From a virus (Duplodnaviria; Heunggongvirae; Uroviricota; Caudoviricetes), in the IMG/VR virus record IMGVR_UViG_2872147552_000001: DNA of 64,000 nucleotides; one strand, given 5' to 3'. The position numbers and the translations under genes are program-made. The notes beneath the pieces were generated by a model. The model made no database searches, was not told the DNA's origin, and saw only the letters and a program-made list of their open reading frames with translations. Within the stretch, counting starts at the first letter, position 1. Each line of letters begins with the position of its first letter. Below are positions 46,421 to 56,251 of the stretch, piece after piece.

Positions 46421-48760
46421 TTACTCTTCTACTGACTCGGTGGGGTTGTCTTTTGCTCTTCGGTCGTCGATTGCCTGCAAAGCCGCAATGATTTCAGCCA
46501 GTGGCTTCTCCCGATACATCTCGACGATCTGCGATTTGGTGTATTTCTTGTCACCAATTTCAACTCGCCCGCTGGCGTTCTTTGGCAGGTATCCTTCTTC
46601 CAGCATGTACTCGACGAGCGATTCGATAACGTCGAGGCCACGAGTAGGATCGAAGTAGAATTTCCAGGTGCATTTGCCATACGGTGGTGCAACTTTGTTT
46701 TTGATGCATTCTGCGCCTACGTCCTGGCCGATCTTCTCTTTACCATCCTTCATCACCGATGCACCAAGACGGATACGTACAGAAGCGTAGAACTTCGGTG
46801 AATCTCCACCTGGCGACGTAGTAGGGTCGCCAAACATTACACCGATTTTTGTGCGAACCTGATTCAAGAAGATGATGCAGGCGTTGTATTTGCGTGCCCA
46901 CAAAGCCAGAGTAGGGAAGTTCGCACTCGTCGCACGAGCCAGTGCCGTATTGTCGTTCATGTTTAGCTGATCTTTGTCTTTGGCAGTGCCTTCAGCCATC
47001 TTTTCGAACTTCTCGGCTTTGGAGTTCGGAACCATAGACGCAAGAGAGTCAGCCACGATACAGATTGGTGCTGATTCGGGGATAAGCTCTTCATCACGAA
47101 CCAATTTAAGTATTGTGCCGATCAACTCTACAGAGTCTTCGAAGGTATCTGGCTGCTTGTATACCCACTGACCGTCATCCTCATCTGCGTTCAGGCCATT
47201 GGCGACAGCCAGGCCAACGTCAAAACTGTTTTCATGATCGAGGAATACCGCCAGACCATCCTGTTTTTGTGCTGACACCATCGCAGCCGTCGCGAGGAAT
47301 GTGTTGTGGCTGATAATCCCGTTAGACCAGAAAGAGTGTGTTTCCGGCATCGCTACGTCGAACGTTGGTGCTTCACCTTCCTCAATAGCCACGACTTCGT
47401 CGTAGAACAAGTTAGAGCCAATTACCGCTGCCAGTTGTGCAAACAGATGCTCGTTAAAACGATTCTTTCTGCCAATGAAGGAGACATAGATTTCTCGCAG
47501 TTTGTCTATTCCGACACGATCGCCGCGGCCAATAACGTGGTCTACCAGAGCGTAGTCTTCACGGGTGGTCTTGGTGAGCGACTCGTAGAGTGATTTCACT
47601 AAGCCGCTGATGTGCGGAACATAGCCTGAGTAAGTGCGGTCAAAACCAATGTCCCGTTTGGTTGCCACTGATAAACGTGCCGGAGATTCGAAACCAATCG
47701 TTGACAGAAAAAGGTCGTAATTAGAGCCACTGAATGACAGCCGGTAATATGTATTTTCATAACCCGCGACGTGTTTTTCAGAGATAGTTGACGTAATCCC
47801 CAGATTCAGGAGCATGAGGCGAATTTGCTGTAGCAGCAGCCCACTCGCGCTCACAACCTCAATGCAGCGACCATCATTGACGTGGCATTCCAGCTCAAAG
47901 TAGCCGCGAAGGAATGCAATTTGAGCCTCGCTATTGGCGCGACGCACACTCAACGGAACCTGCTTGCCAGCAGCTTTCTCATACTCCAGACCATATTCTT
48001 TAAAAAGCAGCGAACGCACCTCTTTGCTAAACAGCACATGGTCTTCCGAGCCGTTATGTTTTCTCGTAACTGGCATCTTGTCTGATACCAGCGAAATGAG
48101 GCGGTAGTACTCATCCTTGATGAATGGATCTGTGTTAGAAAAATGCACAGAATTTTCAGAGGCCACGTATCCGTCAGCAATTAAATAGCCCATCAGTTTT
48201 GCGATATTGGCATCCAGGTGCTGATCGCCGAATTGATGTGTGCCAACCATTGAAGGAATCGTGTCGCCTACACTGATTTTTTCAGCATACCGCCAGACGA
48301 TATTGCCTAAGTCGTCAACCACACGGATTGGGTGACGGAACGTAGCCTCGATGTAACCCCCTGATGCCAGCTTAATGCGCTTGAATTTGCGACGGTTGTT
48401 CCATGTCAGGTGTGAGGTCTTCTCTATCACGCCATTTTCATTGATGAGTCCAACGTTATGCTCTACATCGCGAGTAGTGCATGTCGCTTTGTACCCTTCA
48501 ATCTCAAACAACTCTTTCACTGTTACCATTCCACGCTCCGTCAGCAGCATGGTGTCTGCGGTAACACATTTCCCCGCACTTGGTGGCCCGAATACTTCTA
48601 CGATACGACCACATGGGAAACCGCCATCGTAACGACCGGAAATAGCTTTGTTTAACGGAGGAAAGCCTGTGTCAATCCAATGAGTTACTTTCTGAATTTC
48701 GTCGTTGCTACCGATTTTCTTTTTCAGAGCAAGTGCCAGTGCGGATTTTCCTTTTGCCAT
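46421..48760 (-). CDS. RecA-family recombinase interrupted by an intein
   Basis: Exteins GRIVEVFGPPSAGK|TF, QPDT.E, IIFLNQVRTKIGVMFGDP, KFYASVRIRL match RecA motifs; 422-aa insert after the Walker A lysine. Confidence 0.7.
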   Translation of the reverse strand: MAKGKSALALALKKKIGSNDEIQKVTHWIDTGFPPLNKAISGRYDGGFPCGRIVEVFGPPSAGKCVTADTMLLTERGMVTVKELFEIEGYKATCTTRDVEHNVGLINENGVIEKTSHLTWNNRRKFKRIKLASGGYIEATFRHPIRVVDDLGNIVWRYAEKISVGDTIPSMVGTHQFGDQHLDANIAKLMGYLIADGYVASENSVHFSNTDPFIKDEYYRLISLVSDKMPVTRKHNGSEDHVLFSKEVRSLLFKEYGLEYEKAAGKQVPLSVRRANSEAQIAFLRGYFELECHVNDGRCIEVVSASGLLLQQIRLMLLNLGITSTISEKHVAGYENTYYRLSFSGSNYDLFLSTIGFESPARLSVATKRDIGFDRTYSGYVPHISGLVKSLYESLTKTTREDYALVDHVIGRGDRVGIDKLREIYVSFIGRKNRFNEHLFAQLAAVIGSNLFYDEVVAIEEGEAPTFDVAMPETHSFWSNGIISHNTFLATAAMVSAQKQDGLAVFLDHENSFDVGLAVANGLNADEDDGQWVYKQPDTFEDSVELIGTILKLVRDEELIPESAPICIVADSLASMVPNSKAEKFEKMAEGTAKDKDQLNMNDNTALARATSANFPTLALWARKYNACIIFLNQVRTKIGVMFGDPTTSPGGDSPKFYASVRIRLGASVMKDGKEKIGQDVGAECIKNKVAPPYGKCTWKFYFDPTRGLDVIESLVEYMLEEGYLPKNASGRVEIGDKKYTKSQIVEMYREKPLAEIIAALQAIDDRRAKDNPTESVEE
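47303..48568 (-). mobile_element. intein with LAGLIDADG homing-endonuclease domain
   Basis: Insert begins Cys (CVTADTMLL) and ends HN before Thr; LMGYLIADGYV and LRGYFELECHVND motifs. Confidence 0.6.
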
Positions 48761-48762
48761 GA

Positions 48763-49035
48763 TCAGGCTCCTTTTGTTTCGTTGATTCGTTTTAAAGCGG
48801 CGGATTCATCGAATACAATCGCATCGTGGTTAAGGAGTCTGGATACACGAGCGAGGATTTTTACGACCTGCTCGCTGACTAATCCAAACTCGCGATCTGT
48901 CGCTTTCATTCCGGCAGCGCCTAGAATTGACGGCAGTGCGATGACAGCGTACTCACCGTGATAAAAGACAATCTCTTTTGCCAGTTGGGCAGGGGTGGTT
49001 GTAGCGCCATTGATAATCGATTTAAGCATTAGCAA
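48763..49035 (-). CDS. hypothetical protein (90 aa)
   Basis: Starts 3 nt after the recombinase stop. Confidence 0.45.
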   Translation of the reverse strand: MLMLKSIINGATTTPAQLAKEIVFYHGEYAVIALPSILGAAGMKATDREFGLVSEQVVKILARVSRLLNHDAIVFDESAALKRINETKGA

Positions 49036-49973
49036 TACCTTTCGAATGGAAGAACAAACACTTCAAGGTCTTCAAGGAACGAACGGAAATTCAGCTCGTA
49101 GCACAGTTGCTCGAATGCTTTCACGTCACGATTGCCTTTGATTGTTTCGATTTCGGTAGGCGGAAACTTCGTCTCAATCAGGTTCATTAGCGTGATGTTT
49201 CTCTTGAACGCTTCGAGCATTCGACAGCCTGTTTTCTCGTTGAAGGCATTCTTCGCTAGTTTGTTGAAGGCGGTCTTATGACGCCCTTTATTAACCACGA
49301 TTGAGCCGTCGTTGATGCCGCGTACCATCGTTGCGACACTTCCCCATTCATGCAGCAGCTCTTTCGCACCGCCAGCACCAATGCCACCAACACCGCTAAT
49401 GTTGTCCGAGTTATCGCCTTGTAATGCTTTTGCTTCCAAAAATGCGCGAGGCGTGGCGAATCCTGTCAGCTCCGCAAATTGCTCAAAATTAACCTGCTTG
49501 TTTTTGGCGTCTTCACGCAGGCTTACCCAGCTTACGTTTTCGCGAACTAACTGAAGCCAGTCGCTATCGCCTGTTAACAGATAGATGTGTTCAACGGTTG
49601 GCTGCGGTGCCATGCGGGATACCAGCAGCCCGGCCAGATCATCCGCTTCTGCATCTTTTGCAATGATTTGGTTAACACCAAGCGCGGTCATCATTTTGAG
49701 GATGTATGGCTTCTGGATAGCAAAGCCTTCCTTCATCTTTTTCATATCAGGATCGTCGTCGCGATTTGCTTTGTAGTCCGGGTAAAAGTCGCGACGCTTG
49801 TCACTAAATCCATCCCAAAGAATCATAGGTCGGGCATGGAGGATGGAGGCATAACGACGGACGTTCTTAACAAAGCCGAAAGCAGCCTGTACTTCCATTT
49901 CGCCGTTGTGCAATTTGTCAGATTGTTGGTGGTAATAACCCAGGCTATTGCCATCTACGAAGAGATAATTCAC
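49029..49973 (-). CDS. 5'-3' exonuclease / flap endonuclease
   Basis: YLFVDGNSLGYY N-terminus and AKDAEADDLAGLL, LLTGDSDWLQL acidic clusters; start moved to GTG with GGAAGGA RBS because a terminator sits inside the ORF-track N-terminus. Confidence 0.7.
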   Translation of the reverse strand: MNYLFVDGNSLGYYHQQSDKLHNGEMEVQAAFGFVKNVRRYASILHARPMILWDGFSDKRRDFYPDYKANRDDDPDMKKMKEGFAIQKPYILKMMTALGVNQIIAKDAEADDLAGLLVSRMAPQPTVEHIYLLTGDSDWLQLVRENVSWVSLREDAKNKQVNFEQFAELTGFATPRAFLEAKALQGDNSDNISGVGGIGAGGAKELLHEWGSVATMVRGINDGSIVVNKGRHKTAFNKLAKNAFNEKTGCRMLEAFKRNITLMNLIETKFPPTEIETIKGNRDVKAFEQLCYELNFRSFLEDLEVFVLPFERYC

Positions 49974-49993
49974 CGGTACATTCCTTCCAAAAA

Positions 49994-50017
49994 GTAAGGC
50001 GTCCGTAGACGCCTTAC
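49994..50017 (-). terminator. rho-independent terminator of SSB-like gene
   Basis: Minus-strand hairpin gtaaggcgtctacggacgccttac followed by TTTTT. Confidence 0.6.
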
Positions 50018-50033
50018 TGGTCACGTAATGGGA

Positions 50034-51062
50034 TTACAGAGAGTCCAGCTCTCTCAGTAGGTCATCCAGACCTTCATCTTCCGTCGCAGATGCGGTTGCT
50101 ACAGATGTCGCTGCGACTGCTTCAGACTCTTTGACTGATACAGCAACGGCAGCGGAACTTGCCTCTGGTTTAAATTCAGTTTCAACGGCACGGAGGATTT
50201 CTTCATCAACCAGACTGGTTGGTTCAGAAGCCGGTGTGTGCGCGGTTGCTACAGCCGTCGCTCCTTCTGTATGACCAGTGACAGAGCCAAATCCAGGTAG
50301 TGCCGCAGCCGATGTTTTCGCGGTTGAGGAAATTGCTGGTGCAGATGCTGCGGCAGTTGGTGCAGCGATGCCAATCAGACGACCCATAGTGCGAACTGTC
50401 GACAGAAGACGAGTTTCATCAGCCTGATTTGCGTATGCGATCAGATCATGCTGGGTGTTCCAGAATTTATCTTCGATATCGCCTTTGTAGACTTTACGCT
50501 TAGGCGAGACGTCATATTTGGTATCGCGACCAGAGCCAGTACGTTTAATCAGGAATGCGTAGCCTTCCTCTTTGCTCAGTGGATTGCCGATATCATCAGC
50601 GATGTCTTCGGTGATTGCTTTGCAGATATCATCGAATACAGTAGACGGCAGCTCGATTAACTGGCATTTCTCAGCATCTGCGAAATCCTCACGAGCAGAA
50701 AGAATGCCGTTGACCAGGTAGCGAGGAGTGGCACGCATTTGACCGATGCGTTCTTCCATTGCTTTGTTACCCTTGTGACGAGCGCGACCTTCCATCACCA
50801 TTTCGCATAGCTGACAAGCGCGACCGTGAGTATGTTGCTCACAAATATAAGCGTTGGTTGCTTCTTTACCTTCCTCGTTCTGATACTTAACGTAGTGCAT
50901 ACCGAAAGTCTGGAAGAACTTACCGTTTGGGTCGTCTTTATTCGGGAAGATGCGGATATAGTTGACGCCGTCTTTTAAGCGAGTCAGATCAACGTTGTTG
51001 CCACGTTTGGCGGCAATGTCTTCACGAGTTTTGTTAAGCAAATCAAGTAATGTCTTAGACAT
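50034..51062 (-). CDS. single-stranded DNA-binding protein, gp32-like
   Basis: Cys/His cluster CEQHTHGRACQLC and acidic C-terminal tail EDEGLDDLLRELDSL. Confidence 0.5.
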   Translation of the reverse strand: MSKTLLDLLNKTREDIAAKRGNNVDLTRLKDGVNYIRIFPNKDDPNGKFFQTFGMHYVKYQNEEGKEATNAYICEQHTHGRACQLCEMVMEGRARHKGNKAMEERIGQMRATPRYLVNGILSAREDFADAEKCQLIELPSTVFDDICKAITEDIADDIGNPLSKEEGYAFLIKRTGSGRDTKYDVSPKRKVYKGDIEDKFWNTQHDLIAYANQADETRLLSTVRTMGRLIGIAAPTAAASAPAISSTAKTSAAALPGFGSVTGHTEGATAVATAHTPASEPTSLVDEEILRAVETEFKPEASSAAVAVSVKESEAVAATSVATASATEDEGLDDLLRELDSL

Positions 51063-51145
51063 GTGTTTCTCCTTGTTGTGATTTGGCCGATGGCGCTATG
51101 CGCGTTGGGCTTTCGTTCATTCGTGGCTCTTTCGAGCTGTTAAAT

Positions 51146-51174
51146 GATAGATCAGTACTTACTTATTATCTATC
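51146..51174 (-). promoter_or_regulatory. class B palindrome
   Basis: gatagatcagtacttacttattatctatc. Confidence 0.4.
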
Positions 51175-51179
51175 AAAAA

Positions 51180-51611
51180 TCAACGGGGAGTAATAAAGCG
51201 TTCAGAGCCTAATCGCTCTAATTCAACGATGGCCATCTTTGACGCCTGAACGATCATGTCTCGGCGATGCGAAAAGGCGGCGACAGCATGTTTGTATATG
51301 TCTGCGATGTGCCGTGCTTCATCCAACTTCTGCCGTTTAGACAGATACTGTGGGTTTGTTTTAACCTTAGCGTCCAGTACAGACTCGTTGAACTTAATGC
51401 CGTTCATACTCAAGTTCTTACGCTCTGTGTCGTATAGCTTTGCTTCAACAGCTTCAAGGTTAAGTTTTGCCTCTGCGACATCTCGATCTGCCTGCGCTAG
51501 TTTTGACCCATACTCCATTAAAAGCCGTGGCTGTTTACGCCATACTTCCTCAAGGTTGTCGCGGTCGAACTCCAGATCGGCCATGATTTTAGAAAAAATA
51601 TCAGTGTTCAC
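51180..51611 (-). CDS. hypothetical protein, possibly UvsY-like recombination mediator
   Basis: Size and helical pattern loosely resemble T4 UvsY; sits with SSB and RecA-like genes. Confidence 0.35.
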   Translation of the reverse strand: MNTDIFSKIMADLEFDRDNLEEVWRKQPRLLMEYGSKLAQADRDVAEAKLNLEAVEAKLYDTERKNLSMNGIKFNESVLDAKVKTNPQYLSKRQKLDEARHIADIYKHAVAAFSHRRDMIVQASKMAIVELERLGSERFITPR

Positions 51612-51819
51612 TCTAATAGGTTCCTACTTATAAAATCTGTATCAATTATATCAAACAGAGAACGGGTTTATGGCGTCATGTCAACTTTGTTCAGGGGAAA
51701 ATATTGAGATCACCGAAGATAATTAGTTGTCTTATTTTGGTAAGCTGTGCTGACCATCTTTAGGTCACATACATGAGATGGATGGGGGTGTGGCATGAAC
51801 GGATGAAATTCAGTCGCCG

Positions 51820-51848
51820 TTGACAGATGTCAACACTGTGAATAGAAT
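51820..51848 (+). promoter_or_regulatory. near-consensus sigma70 promoter
   Basis: TTGACA - 17 nt - TAGAAT, about 18 nt before the ATG at 51866. Confidence 0.6.
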
Positions 51849-51865
51849 ACTATTATCGGAGGCGA

Positions 51866-52090
51866 ATGAAGCAACATCCGAATAAGCATATTCAAGCAGC
51901 CATTGACTATGCATTAAGTAAAGGCTGGATCTGGGTAGCAGCTGGTGGTGCTGCACATTGTTTTTGCAGACTGCGATGCGGTAATCCAGAAGGTGAACAC
52001 AAAACTCACCAAATGAGCGTATGGTCGACTCCGGGTAATCCCGAAAACCATGCCAAACAGATCAAACGAATGGTTGATCGTTGTAAATGA
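51866..52090 (+). CDS. hypothetical small protein (74 aa)
   Basis: GGAGG RBS; followed by hairpin ggcggctattgccgcc + TTTT at 52098-52118. Confidence 0.45.
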   Translation: MKQHPNKHIQAAIDYALSKGWIWVAAGGAAHCFCRLRCGNPEGEHKTHQMSVWSTPGNPENHAKQIKRMVDRCK

Positions 52091-52150
52091 TTTCAAGGCG
52101 GCTATTGCCGCCTTTTGCAGAAACTGTCCAACTATCTTCAAAGGAATACT

Positions 52151-52714
52151 ATGGCGCTTTATAACTTCACTCTGACGCTCTCAGGCGTATCGTATGAGAC
52201 GGAAGGACTGGAAGACGCGCTGTACCAAAACGGCTGTGACGATGCGCTAATTTGCGCATATGGAAACTCCGTCTATGTAGAATTTGACCGCGAAGCACAA
52301 TCACTTGATGCAGCTATCGCATCTGCGGTCGACAATATTGAATCAGCCGGTATCGGTGCAATTGTTGAATCCGTCGACTCGGCTCTTGTGGGCTTAAGCG
52401 ATATCGCGGAACTGACAGACCTGTCTCGCCAGGCTGTGGCGTTGCTCAAAGACGGTAAGCGCGGAAGCGGCGACTTCCCTTGCCCTGTACAACGCATAAA
52501 AGGCCAGTCGCCTCTGTGGGATTGGGCTGATGTGGCTGAATGGCTCATGGATAACGGACGACTTAAAGAGGGCGATCAGATTGTCCAAAATGCCCGAACT
52601 TTGAGTAAATGGAATCTGGCGCTTCGAAACAGCGTCTCGAAAGATTTCAACGAAATAGAGCAAATTGCTGAGAAACTGATTAAACGCCGCAAGGATATTG
52701 CGAAATGCGCATAA
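52151..52714 (+). CDS. hypothetical protein (187 aa)
   Basis: AAGGAA RBS; ends at a bidirectional terminator. Confidence 0.45.
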   Translation: MALYNFTLTLSGVSYETEGLEDALYQNGCDDALICAYGNSVYVEFDREAQSLDAAIASAVDNIESAGIGAIVESVDSALVGLSDIAELTDLSRQAVALLKDGKRGSGDFPCPVQRIKGQSPLWDWADVAEWLMDNGRLKEGDQIVQNARTLSKWNLALRNSVSKDFNEIEQIAEKLIKRRKDIAKCA

Positions 52715-52717
52715 TGA

Positions 52718-52745
52718 AACCCGCCAGTTGGCGGGTTTTCTTTAT
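52718..52745. terminator. bidirectional terminator
   Basis: aaacccgccagttggcgggttttctttatt. Confidence 0.6.
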
Positions 52746-55700
52746 TACTTATTTATCGTCTCCGCGATATCAGCCAGAATGGCCTCCAGTCGCTCTCCTT
52801 CTTCCGGTCGGAAGTACAGGATATTCGGGTTAAATCCGTAGAAGACGGTTGCATCAAGCTCCGGGAAGTACTCCTTACGACCAATCAGATCTGATGGTTT
52901 ACTCTTATTGTTAAATAGTGCGGTTGAACGACTACCACACGTCAAAATGTAGGTTGGTCGTACAAGATTAATTTCTTCCCGCATAAAGTCTGTGAACTGG
53001 CCTATCTCGTCTTTGGTATAGTCTTTCTCTTTGTCCTTAACCTTCTTACAAACACCCGTGACATAAAGATCGCCCATGCGCAGATCTCCAACTGTCAGTA
53101 GTTTTGCCTTAAAGTCGTCGTATCCGTTCTCCATGAAGTAGCCGGTACGAGCGTCATTGCCGTTCGCATTGTCCAGAATGATCATGATTTTGGGTTTAAT
53201 ACCAATAGTCGGGCGTATCAACTCCTCACCCAAGCCCATTTCAGCCGCCATACGTGTCATGAGTACGTTGATTTCGGCAGAACGCTTAGGATTCATTTCG
53301 AACGGACGTGATGCTTTAACAGCGTCAATGATGAGATTGCCCATCAGCTCAGCCTGGTCGCGCAGTCGTTCAGGATCAGTTGCTGGCAGACTGCCTGGCT
53401 CAATTGACGCAAAAGCCCCTACTTTATGAAGCGACTCGCGTACACGACTGTTACATGCACGCTTCTCGACCGCTTCATCGAATTGTGCCACTGACTCGAA
53501 TTTGCCACCAACTTTCTCACGCGCACGCATAATTGCCTGACAACCATTTTCAGAACAGCCTTTCACAGCAGAGAATGGCGCATACAGTGCCTGACTGCCG
53601 TCTTCGAGTGTGCGGATCTCAATTCGGTTAGATGACACATTAACGTCTGGTGGCAATACGCGAATGCCATAGGTCAGCGCATCCTTCACCAGCCCCTGAT
53701 GCTTATCCTCGCCCAGAATGGTGAGCGCAGCTGCGAAGAACTCAGCAGGGTAGTGCGTCTTTAGCCACATAGACTGATAACTGATTAAAGAATAAGCAAC
53801 GGAGTGTGATTTGTTGAAGGCATATCCACCGAACTTCTCAAAGGCGTCCCATATTTCTTGGGCTTTTTCCTTACTGAGACCTTCTTGTTCAGAGACGATC
53901 TCCACGTAGTCTATGCCGTCACTAATAGCCTCGCTGTAGCTTCTACGCTTACCGTCTGAGCAATCCAGTTTTGCGTGTTTGTGAACCTCTACAGTACCTC
54001 CATTTTTGAGTGACAGTGTCACCCAGCCTGCTTGTGCTCGTTCTACAAAATCGCTGCCGATCGCTTTCATCTTATCCATGTTCTTTTTACCGATAGCGGA
54101 ACGCAGAGCGTCTGCTTCGGCCATAGAGAACCCGGCAAGTACTCGGGAACTTTGCATGATTTGTTCCTGATAGAGCAAAACACCATTAGTCTCCCGGGTG
54201 ACTTCCTCAAGACGCGGATGAATTGAATGTGGAGCCATAAAGCCTTTGGCTACAGAAACATAGTCATCCAACATGCCTGACTGAATTGGCCCCGGCCGGA
54301 AGAGTGCAGTCGTAGCAACAACCGTTTTAAAGCTCATTGGCTCAATTCCACCACCTAAATCTTTAAGCAGCTTGCGCATTGGGCCTGATTCAAGCTGGAA
54401 AACACCTTGAGTGTACCCAGCAGCAAAACCATCCAGCACCTTGCGATCTTCAAGAGAAATGGCATCAAGATTGATATCTTCACCTGTGTTCTCTTTTATG
54501 TAGCGTTTTGCACTATCGAGCAAATCGAGAGTTGCCAGACCAAGTACGTCCAGCTTAATTAGGCCCATAGCCTCGCAGTAACGCTTGTCAAATGCGATAC
54601 AACGCGCGTCACCACGGCGTTCAACCGGTGTACGTTCTGTCAGAGGAACACCTGCTACGATCATCCCTGCCGCATGTCTACCAAAGCCACGCATAAGGCT
54701 TTGTAACTTGCAGGCTGCATTGAATGCATCAGGATATTTTGTTGCGTATTTGTCGAGACTTGCCAGTTGTTCGCGCAGCTCTTCCAATGGAAGGCTATCA
54801 TCCTCGACGTTCTTCAGTTCTTTTGATACCGCCATATCTGCGGACTCCACACCATAAATACGAGCGGTGTCACGTAGTGCAGATGCCGCGCCCAGATAGG
54901 TGAAGTTCGGAATGCCTGCAACGTAATCTTCGCCGTAGCGTTCATTCAGATACTCGATCACCTCATGGCGACGTGCCTGGCTGAAGTCCAAGTCCGCATC
55001 CGGCAAGTCGAGACGCTCAGGGTTGATGAAACGCTCAAACAGAAGACCGTGACGGATTGGGTCGACGTTGGTTATGCCTATGCACCACGCCACCAGAGAA
55101 CCGGCAGAGGAACCACGACCAGGCCCAACGGGAATGCCAGTTTCACGACTATGATTCATCAGATCGCGTACCATCAGGAAGTAACCACAAAATCCCAGGC
55201 GAGTCAGCGTGTCCATTTCGTACTTTAGCCGCTCAACATAAACCCTGTTCTCAGAAGCAGGTGGTGTGTAGCCAAACTCTTTTGTGGTAAGACGTTTACG
55301 CAGCCCTGCAACAGCCAGCTTCATAAGCGTTGCAGGCTCGTCGTCTGCCATCTTTGGCAGTGCTGGCGGCAATTCATGCCAGCGCCATGTGCAGGCATCG
55401 ATAATGGTATCCTGCGTTGTTGAGGCCATTGCAGCTGTTACCGGCACATCCATGCGAACGGAGAAGGCTTTAAGCGCCTCAAGGAGATGGCGGCGACCAT
55501 TGACGGCGTTATCTCGCTGGTGGGGGATACGCAGACGATGCGGCTGGTCGATTTTGATGTTGTTCGTAACCATGTGCGCAATGTCTTTAATGTCTGCATC
55601 GTCGATCGATTCGTAATAAGCGGGATAGAACGCCACTGGCTCTATTTTCAATGCGCTGGCGACTTTCATCGCCCGGACGTTAATCTGGTCGTAGAATGGG

Positions 55701-56251
55701 GTAGGATGCGGATAAACCACACTATAGAAGTTGTCTTTTCCACCCGCTGTAATCAGTGTGCTTATGATTTTTGCAAAATCGTTGCGTTGGAACACGCTAC
55801 CGATGTCGGAAGTAAGCAGGATGATGTTGCCTTTGGCATATGTAGAAACCAACTGTTCGAGCGAGAGACGCGGTACAAAGTAGAACTGTTCTCGTGTGTT
55901 GGCCGCCGTCATTAGTTCGCAGATGTCGCGATATCCTTGCTCATTTTTAATTAGAGCGGTAAACGAGTAGTTACGTCCCCGCTCTAATGATTCCATACAT
56001 CTCATAGATTCTTTAGCAAGTTTAGCCCGGTGCTCGTATGTGGGATCATCAACAATGTTTAGTTTCACACCACAAATAACCGCCATGTCGTCACCAGCGG
56101 CACGTTGTAGTGGAATAACGCTCGCAATATTCATGCTATCTGCTGAAATTACAGCGGTGTAGCCAGCTTCTCTGGCAATCTTCACCGCGTTTTCTGCTTT
56201 TAGAGCCGACTCCCCAAGTGAGAAGTCAGTTCGAACCATCAGTGCCTTCAT
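52745..56251 (-). CDS. dnaE: DNA polymerase III alpha-type (DnaE family, PHP + polymerase core)
   Basis: 1168 aa; GYAFNKSHSVAYSLISYQSMWLKTHYP and other DnaE core motifs. Confidence 0.8.
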   Translation of the reverse strand: MKALMVRTDFSLGESALKAENAVKIAREAGYTAVISADSMNIASVIPLQRAAGDDMAVICGVKLNIVDDPTYEHRAKLAKESMRCMESLERGRNYSFTALIKNEQGYRDICELMTAANTREQFYFVPRLSLEQLVSTYAKGNIILLTSDIGSVFQRNDFAKIISTLITAGGKDNFYSVVYPHPTPFYDQINVRAMKVASALKIEPVAFYPAYYESIDDADIKDIAHMVTNNIKIDQPHRLRIPHQRDNAVNGRRHLLEALKAFSVRMDVPVTAAMASTTQDTIIDACTWRWHELPPALPKMADDEPATLMKLAVAGLRKRLTTKEFGYTPPASENRVYVERLKYEMDTLTRLGFCGYFLMVRDLMNHSRETGIPVGPGRGSSAGSLVAWCIGITNVDPIRHGLLFERFINPERLDLPDADLDFSQARRHEVIEYLNERYGEDYVAGIPNFTYLGAASALRDTARIYGVESADMAVSKELKNVEDDSLPLEELREQLASLDKYATKYPDAFNAACKLQSLMRGFGRHAAGMIVAGVPLTERTPVERRGDARCIAFDKRYCEAMGLIKLDVLGLATLDLLDSAKRYIKENTGEDINLDAISLEDRKVLDGFAAGYTQGVFQLESGPMRKLLKDLGGGIEPMSFKTVVATTALFRPGPIQSGMLDDYVSVAKGFMAPHSIHPRLEEVTRETNGVLLYQEQIMQSSRVLAGFSMAEADALRSAIGKKNMDKMKAIGSDFVERAQAGWVTLSLKNGGTVEVHKHAKLDCSDGKRRSYSEAISDGIDYVEIVSEQEGLSKEKAQEIWDAFEKFGGYAFNKSHSVAYSLISYQSMWLKTHYPAEFFAAALTILGEDKHQGLVKDALTYGIRVLPPDVNVSSNRIEIRTLEDGSQALYAPFSAVKGCSENGCQAIMRAREKVGGKFESVAQFDEAVEKRACNSRVRESLHKVGAFASIEPGSLPATDPERLRDQAELMGNLIIDAVKASRPFEMNPKRSAEINVLMTRMAAEMGLGEELIRPTIGIKPKIMIILDNANGNDARTGYFMENGYDDFKAKLLTVGDLRMGDLYVTGVCKKVKDKEKDYTKDEIGQFTDFMREEINLVRPTYILTCGSRSTALFNNKSKPSDLIGRKEYFPELDATVFYGFNPNILYFRPEEGERLEAILADIAETINK

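Noticed and set aside
52745-56251. Intein or intron in dnaE, and the antisense ORFs listed inside it
   Set aside because: The DnaE translation is continuous with no Cys...HN-bounded insert visible; antisense ORFs are short and low-complexity
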